NCBI GenBank assembly: GCA_963705255.1
Contig: OY970061.1
Span: forward strand, 1,728,001-1,792,000
Length of the DNA: 64,000 bases
Origin: an uncultured Methanoregulaceae archaeon
GTDB lineage: Archaea > Halobacteriota > Methanomicrobia > Methanomicrobiales > Methanospirillaceae
Direction: 5' to 3'
The position numbers and the translations under genes are program-made. The notes below the pieces were generated by a model, which saw only the letters and a list, made by a program, of their open reading frames with translations, searched no databases and was not told where the DNA came from. Shown here in pieces: positions 1 through 9,871 of this stretch (position 1 is its first letter; each line of letters starts with the position of its first letter).

Positions 1-340
1 CCCCGTTATTTCTGGTCATGAGGTATACCTGAAGGATGACGGAGCACTTCCATGAGGCCGGGTCCTCGTGGGGGTACAGTCCTTATTGTTTCCGGGATAG
101 TTGCCAGTCGGATCCTCATGCAGTATTGGCTGAACATAATTTTTTCCGTTCAATCATTCCCCCGCACGTCTCCCGGCCGCCACATTGCGGGAATCTCCTA
201 AAAACCGGGCAACCAATCCCTGCCACAGTACCCTGATGAGGATCCTCCATGCAATGAATAAAAATCCTCAATGACGGGTAAATCCCCAAAAAAATCCATG
301 AAAACCCTAGTCGCACGGGGAAGCCGGACGCGGGACTTTC

Positions 341-1102
341 TTACATGCTTACGAGATATTTATTCAGGTATTTCCTCGCTTCAGGATCGAGAGTGTACCG
401 GGTGGTTTTTCCCGTTCTGGTGACCGTCAGTATTCCGGCATCGCGCAACCGGTTCATATGCCAGGTAACCGCAGCACCGGATATCCCCAGCATCGTTTCC
501 AGATCGTGCCGGGTCGTTGCGAAGTTGTTGATCAGGTATTCGAATATCGCACGGTCCTTCTGGTTCCGTAAAAATTTCAGGACTTTCTGTTCGGTCTCGG
601 TAAATTTCCCGGAATTTTCGAAGTACCGTATATCGGCCTCTATTACGAGTGCCGATATTTTTCCTGTCATCCGCAGGAGCGCAAGATGATACCTGAGTGT
701 TCCCCGGTTTATCCCGGTCTTCTGGGATAATTCATTGAAATATATTCCCGGGTTGGCTTTGATTGTATCATAAATCCGTGATCTTTTCTCGCTCATGAGC
801 ACCGTGCCGGCGGTGATTTTCCGGTATCCGAGGAAGGCAATACCCTTCAGGAGGAAGAACAGTTCGACCGGGAAGAGCAGGAGAGGGGAGATCGATAGTG
901 CCACACTTAATGCCATCACACGAGGCGGAAGATCCCAGAATGAAACACGAACGGTGTCACCCGGGGTCAGACCCTGAATATCCGCATCGGTTGCCGGGGT
1001 GACCACATACCCGTTACCAAACAGTCCCGACATGGGTGAAGCTGCCATGAGAACAAGAAGGCAGACGACCGTAATGATGATCCCGAGATGATTCTCGTCC
1101 AT
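341..1102 (-). CDS. Membrane-anchored double winged-HTH transcriptional regulator (COG3398-like)
   Basis: N-terminal hydrophobic segments, then two wHTH units (IYDTIKANPGIYFNELSQKTGINRGTLRYHL; TRHDLETMLGISGAAVTWHMNRL). Confidence 0.8.
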   Translation of the reverse strand: MDENHLGIIITVVCLLVLMAASPMSGLFGNGYVVTPATDADIQGLTPGDTVRVSFWDLPPRVMALSVALSISPLLLFPVELFFLLKGIAFLGYRKITAGTVLMSEKRSRIYDTIKANPGIYFNELSQKTGINRGTLRYHLALLRMTGKISALVIEADIRYFENSGKFTETEQKVLKFLRNQKDRAIFEYLINNFATTRHDLETMLGISGAAVTWHMNRLRDAGILTVTRTGKTTRYTLDPEARKYLNKYLVSM

Positions 1103-1618
1103 TGGAAAGTGATTGTGAATTCCTTCGTCTTGAGTATTATGATCTGGTTTTTCCCCAGAAAATATTCGTCATCACCATCGATGTGGGTGAATATCTATTC
1201 CCAGATGATTGTCATGAACAGCTGGAAACACCGCGAGGATACCCTGCAGAATTTTTATGCCGATAGTTTCTCCTGGTTCCATACCGGTGCAGCACATGGC
1301 TGGCAGATCGCAAAAGGCCTTTATGGTTCAGCCAAGGGACCCTATCCGAACCTCACCAGCCCGGTCTGGCGGAAGGTGCTGAACCAGAGTGCCCGCCAGT
1401 GAATCCTTCCGTTAAAGGGATCCGGATTGTTTCCGTCCATGAAGATCTCCCTGTAACGGGCGGGGCAGACTCGCCGTCAATACCGGTTCCTTTGCATGCC
1501 GGTCGGCCTGTTGCCGGTGCCATGACGATGGTATCGGTATGCCGGATCCTTTCCCAATATCCTACCTGTAGAGGAAATGGCTAGAAATCGTATATAGTAT
1601 AAGATTCAAACAGGAATT

Positions 1619-1635
1619 TATTCAAGAGTTGAATA
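1619..1635 (+). promoter_or_regulatory. Palindromic operator candidate TATTCAA-GAG-TTGAATA
   Basis: Perfect 7-bp inverted repeat between a TATA-like TATATAGT (~1591) and ATG 1640. Confidence 0.45.
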
Positions 1636-1639
1636 TAAA

Positions 1640-3023
1640 ATGAACTTTAATGCAGGAAAAGGAATTTTTGTAGCCATGCTGTTGTTATTCACCATCGCTG
1701 TATGCTCTGCTACAGCAGAATCCGGAAGTATCGGAACGGTCCATGCTGAAACAATTGTTCCGGTACCCGGGGGCGAGAGTATGGGATCTCTCCCCCAGCC
1801 AACACCGGCCGGCGAGTCTTCAGGCAATTACACCCGGCTGGAAATTATGCCCACGTACATGAACTTCGTGGTTGAGCCCGGTGAGAGAAAGGAGATGACC
1901 GTAACGGTCAGGAACCGGGACACAAAAAGCGCCCATATCCAGCCCGTGGTCCGGCAGCAGCCGTATGCCGGGCCAGATATCGCAGAGAGATCCTGGATCT
2001 CCGTGAGTCCTGCAAGTGCCGATATCGCAGCCGGCGAGAGCGCGAAATTCACGGTCGTAGTTACGATGCCTGCGGGAACTCTGCGGGGGATGTACTCCTC
2101 AATGATTACGTTTACCGACGAAGCATATCCCTCCGCGTATCCCCAGCCGTTTCCCAGTTATATCCACACGCTCGGGCTCAATATCAACGTCGCCTCGTCT
2201 CCCGTGATCCAGATCTCCACTCCGTATATCAGTGACCAGCTGGAATCGGGCTCCGAGTACCTCCTACACCGTGGACGTGAAGAACAAAGGGAGCGCGCCC
2301 CTTGCCCTAAACGCGAGAATTGGCGACGACAGCTACCCGGTGTACGGACCGTACGGGCCGCAGGAACCACCGCTGAATGCACAATCCTTCACGATCAATG
2401 CGCCTTCGAGCATTCCGCCGGGCCGGAACGGGACGGTAACCCTGAAGGTGAATGTGCCGAAGAATGCCAGCGGGTACTACAACGGGAACGTGGATCTCGG
2501 TATCGATGATCCCGCAATCAGGCTGGAGGAAAGCCGGATCCAGCTCAATTTCCTGATCTGGCAACAACCCGAGGGAGGTTTCTCGAAGAAGTTCCTGGTA
2601 CCGGCACAGGAACCCATCTCCCTGGAACTCACATCGGCCATGCCCATGATGAGTCCCGTAACGGCAGCCGGAACTCCCCAGAACTTGCCCCGCAGGGAGC
2701 CCTCGTTTGATGCCACCCTCACCGGGCCGGACGGAAACGCAAACCTCGTCCTCGTGGAGAAAGTGATCAAGGGTTCAGTGAACCTTGGCACTGACCCGGC
2801 ACTCACCAACGGCGATCAGCCGGGTCAGTACCAGGAGACCGGTACCCAGTACATTTTCACGTATTCCGCACAGGGTAAACCGGGCCAGTGGACGCTTGCG
2901 GTGATGCCGAGGAACACGCAGTCCTTTGAGTACAGGATCTCGCTTGGCGGGGACAATCCGTTACTGATCCCCTCCCTGTTCACGATTCCTCCCGGGCTGA
3001 TGGGGAATGCCTCCCGTCAGTAA
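1640..3023 (+). CDS. Secreted protein with tandem Ig-like/COG1470-type domains; frameshift ~2260
   Basis: Signal peptide; ORFs 1640..2509 and 2232..3023 join as ESGSEY-SYTVDV on removing one C. Confidence 0.75.
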
Positions 3024-3247
3024 ACCCGCGTGCGGAGGAATATGGCGGCCGGTCCATGTCCTCCCGGACCGGGCCGGGACCTACGGTAGGAAAAGCGCCG
3101 GGAAATCCGGTCCGGTATATGCAATAAAAACCCGGAGAACTAAAAACCCCGTCAAGAGCTACGAACCCGTATGAATGCACGAAAATTAATTGAGATCGGC
3201 TGCGGGCCCCGAGAAACCCCCTTTGCAAACAAATCCACGGAGACCCC

Positions 3248-3487
3248 ATGACTGATGATCAACCTCCGTTCACCTGCCCCCGGTGCGGTCACCAGGACAA
3301 CATCTTTCATCACATCTGTCCCGAGTGCGGGCGTCCGTTCTTCCGGGACTATCAGGACACCCGGTTTTACCCGCGTGACCCGAACCCGCAGGGAATCTAT
3401 AAAGGAAAGTTCTGGGCACGGGTCTTCCTGGTGCTGATGCTGCTGGGAATAGCCCTCGGTATTCTCGCATCGTTTCACATTATCTAG
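3248..3487 (+). CDS. Small zinc-ribbon protein with C-terminal TM helix
   Basis: CPRC...CPEC plus hydrophobic tail. Confidence 0.7.
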   Translation: MTDDQPPFTCPRCGHQDNIFHHICPECGRPFFRDYQDTRFYPRDPNPQGIYKGKFWARVFLVLMLLGIALGILASFHII

Positions 3488-3495
3488 GAGGAAAA

Positions 3496-4434
3496 ATGCT
3501 CATGAATCTTACCGACCGGAGACTATGGGAAAAAATTCTCGTTGCCGTGTGCTGCGCGATCATTATTTCATGGATTGCGCTCTTCGTCATCAGCCCGGAG
3601 CATAGAATTGTTCTCGGGACCTGCGGTCCTAATACCGTGCCGATGTATTATTCAGTGGATATCCAACCGGAATTTGCCTCGGGTTTCCTCCACGAGTTCG
3701 GGGAGCGCGAACCCGAGCGAGACCTGACCCTGCCCCCGATGAAGCGTTACGCGGAAAAGCAGCAGATCATCGACACCCTGATGGACCGGGCCGGGATCAC
3801 CGCTGCACCGGACTCCGTTATCGGCCTCTATGAATTCCCGTATGCCCGGATCCTTCTTGCCAGCCGGGATACGGGTATGGTTGAAGTGCTAGGGACACGT
3901 GAAGGGGTCAGGACATTTAACCTGACCCCGGTACCTGTGGGAAGCCGAAGGTACGGGACCAACGGGACCGTGAACCCGGTGCAGCGTGGGGCCTATAATT
4001 TTACTTCTGACTATTTTGTCGCAATTGACAGGGTTGATCTTGTGCTCCCGCCACCGGGAAATGCAACGAAGCCCTTGTATATTGTCTATAAAACCGATGT
4101 CGACCGGGTTTTTTATCCTGACGGCAGGCCCCTTGTGTCGATCACCACCCGCAGCACATTTTATGTACTCTACGGGCAGCGAATCGAACGCGTTATCGGC
4201 ATGTCTGAAATCAAACTCGACCCGGTATGGAAGCAGTGCTCTCCACGGATGGATGTATCCGGGGAAGGCAGCAGGCTTGGGGAGATACAAAATACGGTGA
4301 AACTTGCACGGTCTTCGGAACGGATTCTGTGGTCCCGCCTGATCGTCACAAGCGCCGATATCCAGCAGTACGATACCGGCGAGGAAAGCACGAGCCAGTG
4401 GATGTCCACTGACAGTTCTGGGTGCAGTTGTTGA
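3496..4434 (+). CDS. Membrane-anchored hypothetical protein
   Basis: GGAGG RBS, N-terminal TM helix, 312 aa, operon position. Confidence 0.7.
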   Translation: MLMNLTDRRLWEKILVAVCCAIIISWIALFVISPEHRIVLGTCGPNTVPMYYSVDIQPEFASGFLHEFGEREPERDLTLPPMKRYAEKQQIIDTLMDRAGITAAPDSVIGLYEFPYARILLASRDTGMVEVLGTREGVRTFNLTPVPVGSRRYGTNGTVNPVQRGAYNFTSDYFVAIDRVDLVLPPPGNATKPLYIVYKTDVDRVFYPDGRPLVSITTRSTFYVLYGQRIERVIGMSEIKLDPVWKQCSPRMDVSGEGSRLGEIQNTVKLARSSERILWSRLIVTSADIQQYDTGEESTSQWMSTDSSGCSC

Positions 4435-4445
4435 AGGGAGGAACT

Positions 4446-4904
4446 ATGAAATTTCGAACGCTTATCGTCATTGCTCTGCTGCTGGCAGCGATCGTTTTGA
4501 TACCGTTCGCGAGTGCGGCAAACAGGACGACGGACCAAGCGTACTACCTGACTCATGCGGAAACCCTTGCCGGGCAGAAAGACATGTCACGGTACAGCAA
4601 TACGCCGAAGCCTGAACCGCTCCAGACCATGAACGAGTCGACTGCCCGCCTTAATCCGAATGTGATTTGGTGCGGGAACGACTGCATGGTACCGAAGCCC
4701 TGCTCCTTCCCGTTCATTCAGTGCAAGTCCCCGCTCACGGTTATGATCGTGTACAATGTGAAGGGAACAAATCCGGGTTATCCCGGCCCGGTCGTCGGGT
4801 ATGGGATGAGCGGCCGGTCATTGCAGGATACGGTTTATGGTTCGGGAACCGGGAATCCGGATCTCTTCCTGCCGTTAGAAACTCTTGCGGGGATGGTACC
4901 TTGA
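4446..4904 (+). CDS. Secreted hypothetical protein, Cys-containing
   Basis: GGAGG before ATG 4446; signal peptide MKFRTLIVIALLL. Confidence 0.65.
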   Translation: MKFRTLIVIALLLAAIVLIPFASAANRTTDQAYYLTHAETLAGQKDMSRYSNTPKPEPLQTMNESTARLNPNVIWCGNDCMVPKPCSFPFIQCKSPLTVMIVYNVKGTNPGYPGPVVGYGMSGRSLQDTVYGSGTGNPDLFLPLETLAGMVP

Positions 4905-6415
4905 ACAGAAATTCAGGCCTCTTCTTCGGGCTGATCGTGTGCCTCGTTCTCGGTGCCGGGTGCGTATCGGCCCCGACACCGGCATCGACACCGGAAAATC
5001 CGACCGCACCGATAATTGCAGAGAAATTCGTACACCAGCAGGATACGATACGGGATCTCTCGGCAACTGTCGAGATCACGACGGAAGACTATCCGAACAA
5101 GGACCGGTTCGTGGTGCAGAAAAAAGATCCGCACCACTACCGGATCGAATATCTTATGTCAGGCGGAGAGGCGAACGGTACGCTGATCGTGACAAATGGC
5201 AACGTTATCTGGTGGTACTCCCCGCTGACAAAGACCGTTCGCACTACCACCCACATCGATCCGGATGAGACCTATTTCACGCAGAGGGATTACCAGAAGA
5301 TCGTACGGGATCTTTTTGAACGATACCCTCGTGCGTTTTATCTGAGCAGGATTGACGCTGGAAATAATTCATACGTGATGATCTTTTCCGCCCTGCCGAA
5401 CGAATCCTTCAGTGGTCTTCCTCAGGATTACCAGAATGCCCGGGTCTGGATAGATGCCGATTCCTGGATCGCAAAGAGAATTGAGTTTTTTAACTCCGAT
5501 TGGCCAGCACCTATGACCGTGGAATACCGGGATATCCGGGTGAACAGCGGCATTCCCGACAGCGAATTTGCGTTCGATCCCCGGACCGTGCCGAATCCGC
5601 CTGAAGAATTCCGGCATCACGATCCCGTAAGTTTTTACCTTACTCTCAAAGATTTCTATCGTAGTCTGGGTTCCGATTTCGTGGTTCCCGCCTATGTCCC
5701 AGAGGGATATTCCTATGACAGCGGTTCCTGGACCTGGGACGGGGCAGTCATACTCTGGTTTTCAAACGGCTCAAAGGGATTGCAGTACATTGATTCTCCG
5801 GTGATAGGGAAACCGTTCTCAGAATCCCTTGACGGAGACATCGCAGAAGTTACCATCAACAGGACCACCGGCCTGTTCCAGACGGGGAAAGGCAAAAACC
5901 AGCTGCAGTGGATCGAAGGCGGCCATGCATACGCGATCACCGGCATGCTGGATGAAGCGGAGATGGTGCGGATGGCAACCTCCCTTGCACACATGGACGA
6001 CCGGCTCATGGCAACGATTCCTGTGAACAAACCCAAAAACGCCCAGCCGCTGACCATCTCTGAATTGACCTCCATAGTCATGCCGGAATCCTGGGTCCGC
6101 AGTCATAACAATAGTACCACTCCGGGAATCGTCGATATCCGGCTTCCTGCCCGCGAGTTTAATGAAACGTTTTCCAAGAGTACACAGTATCCGGATTTCC
6201 TCGTGTATCGCAACACCGGCCCGGACGAACGGGTTGTGCTGTACCAGATCCCGAAGACTATGTTCGCTGCGAATAATCCGGATCCAGCGCAGGTCGTGAT
6301 GAACCATCCGGAATCGATGTTCCGGTATTACCCGGACCTGAATGCGGTCTTTCTGGACCGGTGCAGATACGACCGGATTCCGTGTCCGCCAGGAGGTGTT
6401 CAGGGAAATGCGTAA
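4901..6415 (+). CDS. LolA-like lipoprotein with DUF4367-like domain and C-terminal extension
   Basis: TTG start overlapping the upstream stop; lipobox GAGC; IVTNGNVIWWYSP and VEYRDIRVNSGIPDSEFAF; VPAYVPEGYSY. Confidence 0.75.
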   Translation: MNRNSGLFFGLIVCLVLGAGCVSAPTPASTPENPTAPIIAEKFVHQQDTIRDLSATVEITTEDYPNKDRFVVQKKDPHHYRIEYLMSGGEANGTLIVTNGNVIWWYSPLTKTVRTTTHIDPDETYFTQRDYQKIVRDLFERYPRAFYLSRIDAGNNSYVMIFSALPNESFSGLPQDYQNARVWIDADSWIAKRIEFFNSDWPAPMTVEYRDIRVNSGIPDSEFAFDPRTVPNPPEEFRHHDPVSFYLTLKDFYRSLGSDFVVPAYVPEGYSYDSGSWTWDGAVILWFSNGSKGLQYIDSPVIGKPFSESLDGDIAEVTINRTTGLFQTGKGKNQLQWIEGGHAYAITGMLDEAEMVRMATSLAHMDDRLMATIPVNKPKNAQPLTISELTSIVMPESWVRSHNNSTTPGIVDIRLPAREFNETFSKSTQYPDFLVYRNTGPDERVVLYQIPKTMFAANNPDPAQVVMNHPESMFRYYPDLNAVFLDRCRYDRIPCPPGGVQGNA

Positions 6416-8585
6416 TCTTGTATGGCTGGTAGCCCTGGCACTGGCGGTCGTTGTTGCAGCCGGGTGTGTGGGTTTTTTTGGCCAGGGGGCACCGCAGCGA
6501 TCCCATGAAGAGATCAACCAGACAATTGCCGATTCGAACCCCGTCATATCTGCCGTATCCCGGGAAACCGATCCCAACCTCGTTCCGATCCCCACCGCCT
6601 TCAACCAGTCTCTCGCAGAGTTCTGGTCGTTCACCATCGACGGTCCCTATAGCTCCGATCCGAACTGGACCACTGCTGCTCTCGATGCTGAACCGGTCAT
6701 CCTCTTCGATATCAACGGCACGCCGCAGTACTACGAGTTTTATCTCCGTAATGGGGGAACTATCCCCGGGTATTTCTGGACGTCAGCAAACAAACTCATG
6801 GGTCACGGGGTCTTCCGGCTCTACCAGGGAGCTCCGTCGTACAATCATTCGCAGATCGCGTTGGATGCGGAAAAGGTTGTGAAAATGCGGTACCCGGATT
6901 ACCCTCTCGTTTCGGATGTTCCCGCTCTCTATGGCGGAGGTTACCCTATGCTCTGCAGAATGATCATGATACGGAACACGAGCAACGGAACAGACGAGAG
7001 GGTCGTTGTCGATGCATTCACACTCGAAATCGTTCCGGACCACCCTTCCGAAGACTACAAGGGCAGTGAATATGCGTGGTCGTACCTGGACTCCGTCCCT
7101 CAGGGCGAATGGCCGGATCGTATTGCGCAATGGGAGCTGCAGGAATCGAACGCGAGCGGGATCGTGGCGTATGCGATGTCGCAGGGCATAGATGTCCGGC
7201 TCTCGGTCAGCCCACAGAATGCAAGTATCATCCGGAACTATTCTTCTGCTGGATCACCGGGGTCCTCACTTTCCGGACCTGACAGCACACCTGCAGTACT
7301 GGACGCCCACCCGATCACGAACGAGCTGATCCGGGAAAATGAGGTGCCGGTAGATACCGCCCGTGTCCAGGCACAATCCACCCTCTGGGACCGGCAGGTC
7401 GACCGGCCCGAGATCTCTGATGACCTGTCCTACCGGAATGCCACGATCAGCAGCCGGGAGCCTGCGATTATCGAGGATTTCAGTGGCCGGAAACTCTATT
7501 ACGTATTCGGCGTCGAACGCGACGGGGTTGCTGTCGGTGAAATTATTGTCGGGGCCAACAAGGGACTGTTTTCCCATCCCTGGGGTCTTGAGACCCCCGT
7601 TGGGGAATACGATATCGCGAATGCTGTGCAGAAAGCCCGCGATACGGCTGCGCGGGATTTTCCCGGCTCTGTCGCGCTCTCAACCCGGCCGGTCTATTCC
7701 CTTGCCGATAACTGCTGCCATAATGTTACTATCATGATGGAAGTGGAGAATCCGCAGACCCGTGAACGCAACCGGATCCTTGTCGATACGTATACCCTGA
7801 ACAGCCGGGTTGAACCGGTTACGGGTAACGAGGACACTGAGGCAAACCCGTCACTTTTTTCCCGGGTGACACCCACGGACTTTGCCGACAACACCCGGCG
7901 ATGGGAGGAAGACGATAAAAAAGACCGGGATTTCATCGCGTACGCACAATCGCAGGGAATTTACGGGGACCGGCCGCTGACCGACACCGGGATCGTGGCG
8001 CTCGGTGCGTATATTACCAGAACTTTACCCGTATACGAGCACCCTCCGGCATTCAACCCGCTTTACCCGGGACCCGCAACCCTTCCGACCCTGAGTAAGG
8101 AAACCCTTGCATGGCACGAGCAGGCAGACTGGTTCAGCGTCATCGATGTCGACACTTCGCTCAGTACCGAAGATATCGAACGGATCATCAGCAGTCACCG
8201 GATACCCTATAATTATACATTGCAGGTTTTTTCCCCTGCAATCGTGAGGCGATATTACCTCCGCGTTCCTGAAACGGACTACAACCGGACGTTTTCGATC
8301 CTGACGAGCGATGGATCTGCTGGTCCTGACCGGGAAACCACTATGTGGGATTACGTCACGTTCCTGAAGTGGGAAAACGGTACGATCACCATCCCTGTCG
8401 GGATCGACCCACCGGAGGAGGCAAACTTCCTGCGCCTGAAGGGACAGGGGGTCTTCCTGCGGCACATGAAAACAGTCTATATCAACTTTGATTCTGGTGT
8501 GAAAAAGGCCGAACGGGAAAAAATTCTCGCGGAACTCAATTGGGATGACCGGGTATTGTTTGCCCGGAGGGAGTGGCCAGGATGA
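6408..8585 (+). CDS. Lipoprotein with a duplicated ~230-aa domain and a UPF0228-like C-terminus
   Basis: Lipobox AAGC; repeat EPVILFDINGTPQYYEF / EPAIIEDFSGRKLYYVF. Confidence 0.7.
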   Translation: MRNLVWLVALALAVVVAAGCVGFFGQGAPQRSHEEINQTIADSNPVISAVSRETDPNLVPIPTAFNQSLAEFWSFTIDGPYSSDPNWTTAALDAEPVILFDINGTPQYYEFYLRNGGTIPGYFWTSANKLMGHGVFRLYQGAPSYNHSQIALDAEKVVKMRYPDYPLVSDVPALYGGGYPMLCRMIMIRNTSNGTDERVVVDAFTLEIVPDHPSEDYKGSEYAWSYLDSVPQGEWPDRIAQWELQESNASGIVAYAMSQGIDVRLSVSPQNASIIRNYSSAGSPGSSLSGPDSTPAVLDAHPITNELIRENEVPVDTARVQAQSTLWDRQVDRPEISDDLSYRNATISSREPAIIEDFSGRKLYYVFGVERDGVAVGEIIVGANKGLFSHPWGLETPVGEYDIANAVQKARDTAARDFPGSVALSTRPVYSLADNCCHNVTIMMEVENPQTRERNRILVDTYTLNSRVEPVTGNEDTEANPSLFSRVTPTDFADNTRRWEEDDKKDRDFIAYAQSQGIYGDRPLTDTGIVALGAYITRTLPVYEHPPAFNPLYPGPATLPTLSKETLAWHEQADWFSVIDVDTSLSTEDIERIISSHRIPYNYTLQVFSPAIVRRYYLRVPETDYNRTFSILTSDGSAGPDRETTMWDYVTFLKWENGTITIPVGIDPPEEANFLRLKGQGVFLRHMKTVYINFDSGVKKAEREKILAELNWDDRVLFARREWPG

Positions 8586-8661
8586 AACGCTGCCGGGTTG
8601 CTGCGGGAATTATAATTGGATCACTCGCGTGTGCTACATTCCTTCTCGCGAGGAGAGTAAG

Positions 8662-9870
8662 ATGATGCACGCGATGAAACGGTCTGAGTCAGAAAGATGT
8701 ATTTTCTGGTTGATGTTTTTTGCCGTATCGTTAATCATGATTGTATCCGTCCACGCCGCAACTCCAGACACATCAGCGCCAGAAAGTTTACAAAATGCAT
8801 CCGCCCCGCACTACATTTATGATCCGAAGACCGGGGCTTTGATAGGCTATGGCACGACCCCTTCCCCAGAAGAACTGAAGATCCTTAACCGGACCCGTGG
8901 TCCAGGGTATTCCCCGTTCCCCGCACCGACCCCGCTCGCGATGGACATCTCGCCGGAAAAGCCGGTCTATGCATACGGAGCACCGGTAAAAGTTAACATC
9001 ACCCTCTCCAATGCCATCGCAGATTTGTTCACCTTCCCGGGTTTTCCCCCGGCCCTTGAGGTCTCGACCCGGCCTGATGGGTGGAATAAGGGAATAGTCC
9101 GGAACCTTCCACATGGCGAAGAGACCCAGATTCTTGAACCTCACAGTACGGCAAGCACGATCCTTGCCTGGGACCAGCGTAACGATCAGCAGGTCCAGGT
9201 GGATCCGGGCGTGTACTACCTGACGGCACAAGCAAAGTTCACCCAGAATCTCACCCCGGATTCAACCATTACGTTCGGCCCGGATCCCGGGTTTATGAAT
9301 GCCCGATCAGAAGTCATCGTCCAGTACCCGCAGGGTGCGCTGGCCGGTTCCCTGTACCCCGATACGACGGTAACCGATAGCGAAGTAACCGCAAGGCTCG
9401 AATCTCTCGCACTCGACGAACGGGGGGGCTTTGCAAACCTGACAGTGATTGCACCGGCGCCCAGGAAAGGTTCTGATTCACTCCCGGGATTCTCGCAGGT
9501 GACCACTGAATACCGCGTCGACGATGGACCAGCGCGGGATTTCCGGGACACGATCTCCTGGTACGGAAATGGTGTGAACAAGGTCACATTGCATCTGGCA
9601 CCTGTCCCCTGCGATGCCCGGGAGATCCATATTACTGCAACCACGTTTGACCCATACCGCGGCCACTGGAATTTCACGGTCGATACTTCAGCGATCCGCA
9701 CCTGTGCTGTGGACAACGACACCCTGTTTTCCCGGGAGACGATGCGGAATTCCACTGCGGTAAAAACACCTACGACACCATTGCCCGCACCACTTCCTCT
9801 CACGTTCACCATTACGGCATTGGGTATCGCCGGAGTGATTTCGCTCATGCAAAAAAGATGGATGCGATAA
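8662..9870 (+). CDS. Secreted surface protein with C-terminal Pro-motif/TM/basic anchor
   Basis: GAGGAG RBS, signal peptide, tail PLPAPLPLTFTITALGIAGVISLMQKRWMR. Confidence 0.75.
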   Translation: MMHAMKRSESERCIFWLMFFAVSLIMIVSVHAATPDTSAPESLQNASAPHYIYDPKTGALIGYGTTPSPEELKILNRTRGPGYSPFPAPTPLAMDISPEKPVYAYGAPVKVNITLSNAIADLFTFPGFPPALEVSTRPDGWNKGIVRNLPHGEETQILEPHSTASTILAWDQRNDQQVQVDPGVYYLTAQAKFTQNLTPDSTITFGPDPGFMNARSEVIVQYPQGALAGSLYPDTTVTDSEVTARLESLALDERGGFANLTVIAPAPRKGSDSLPGFSQVTTEYRVDDGPARDFRDTISWYGNGVNKVTLHLAPVPCDAREIHITATTFDPYRGHWNFTVDTSAIRTCAVDNDTLFSRETMRNSTAVKTPTTPLPAPLPLTFTITALGIAGVISLMQKRWMR

Positions 9871-9871
9871 A

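Noticed and set aside
1088-1584. Short plus-strand ORFs between the regulator and the first secreted gene
   Set aside because: No RBS or recognisable motif; may be a gene fragment but cannot be supported.
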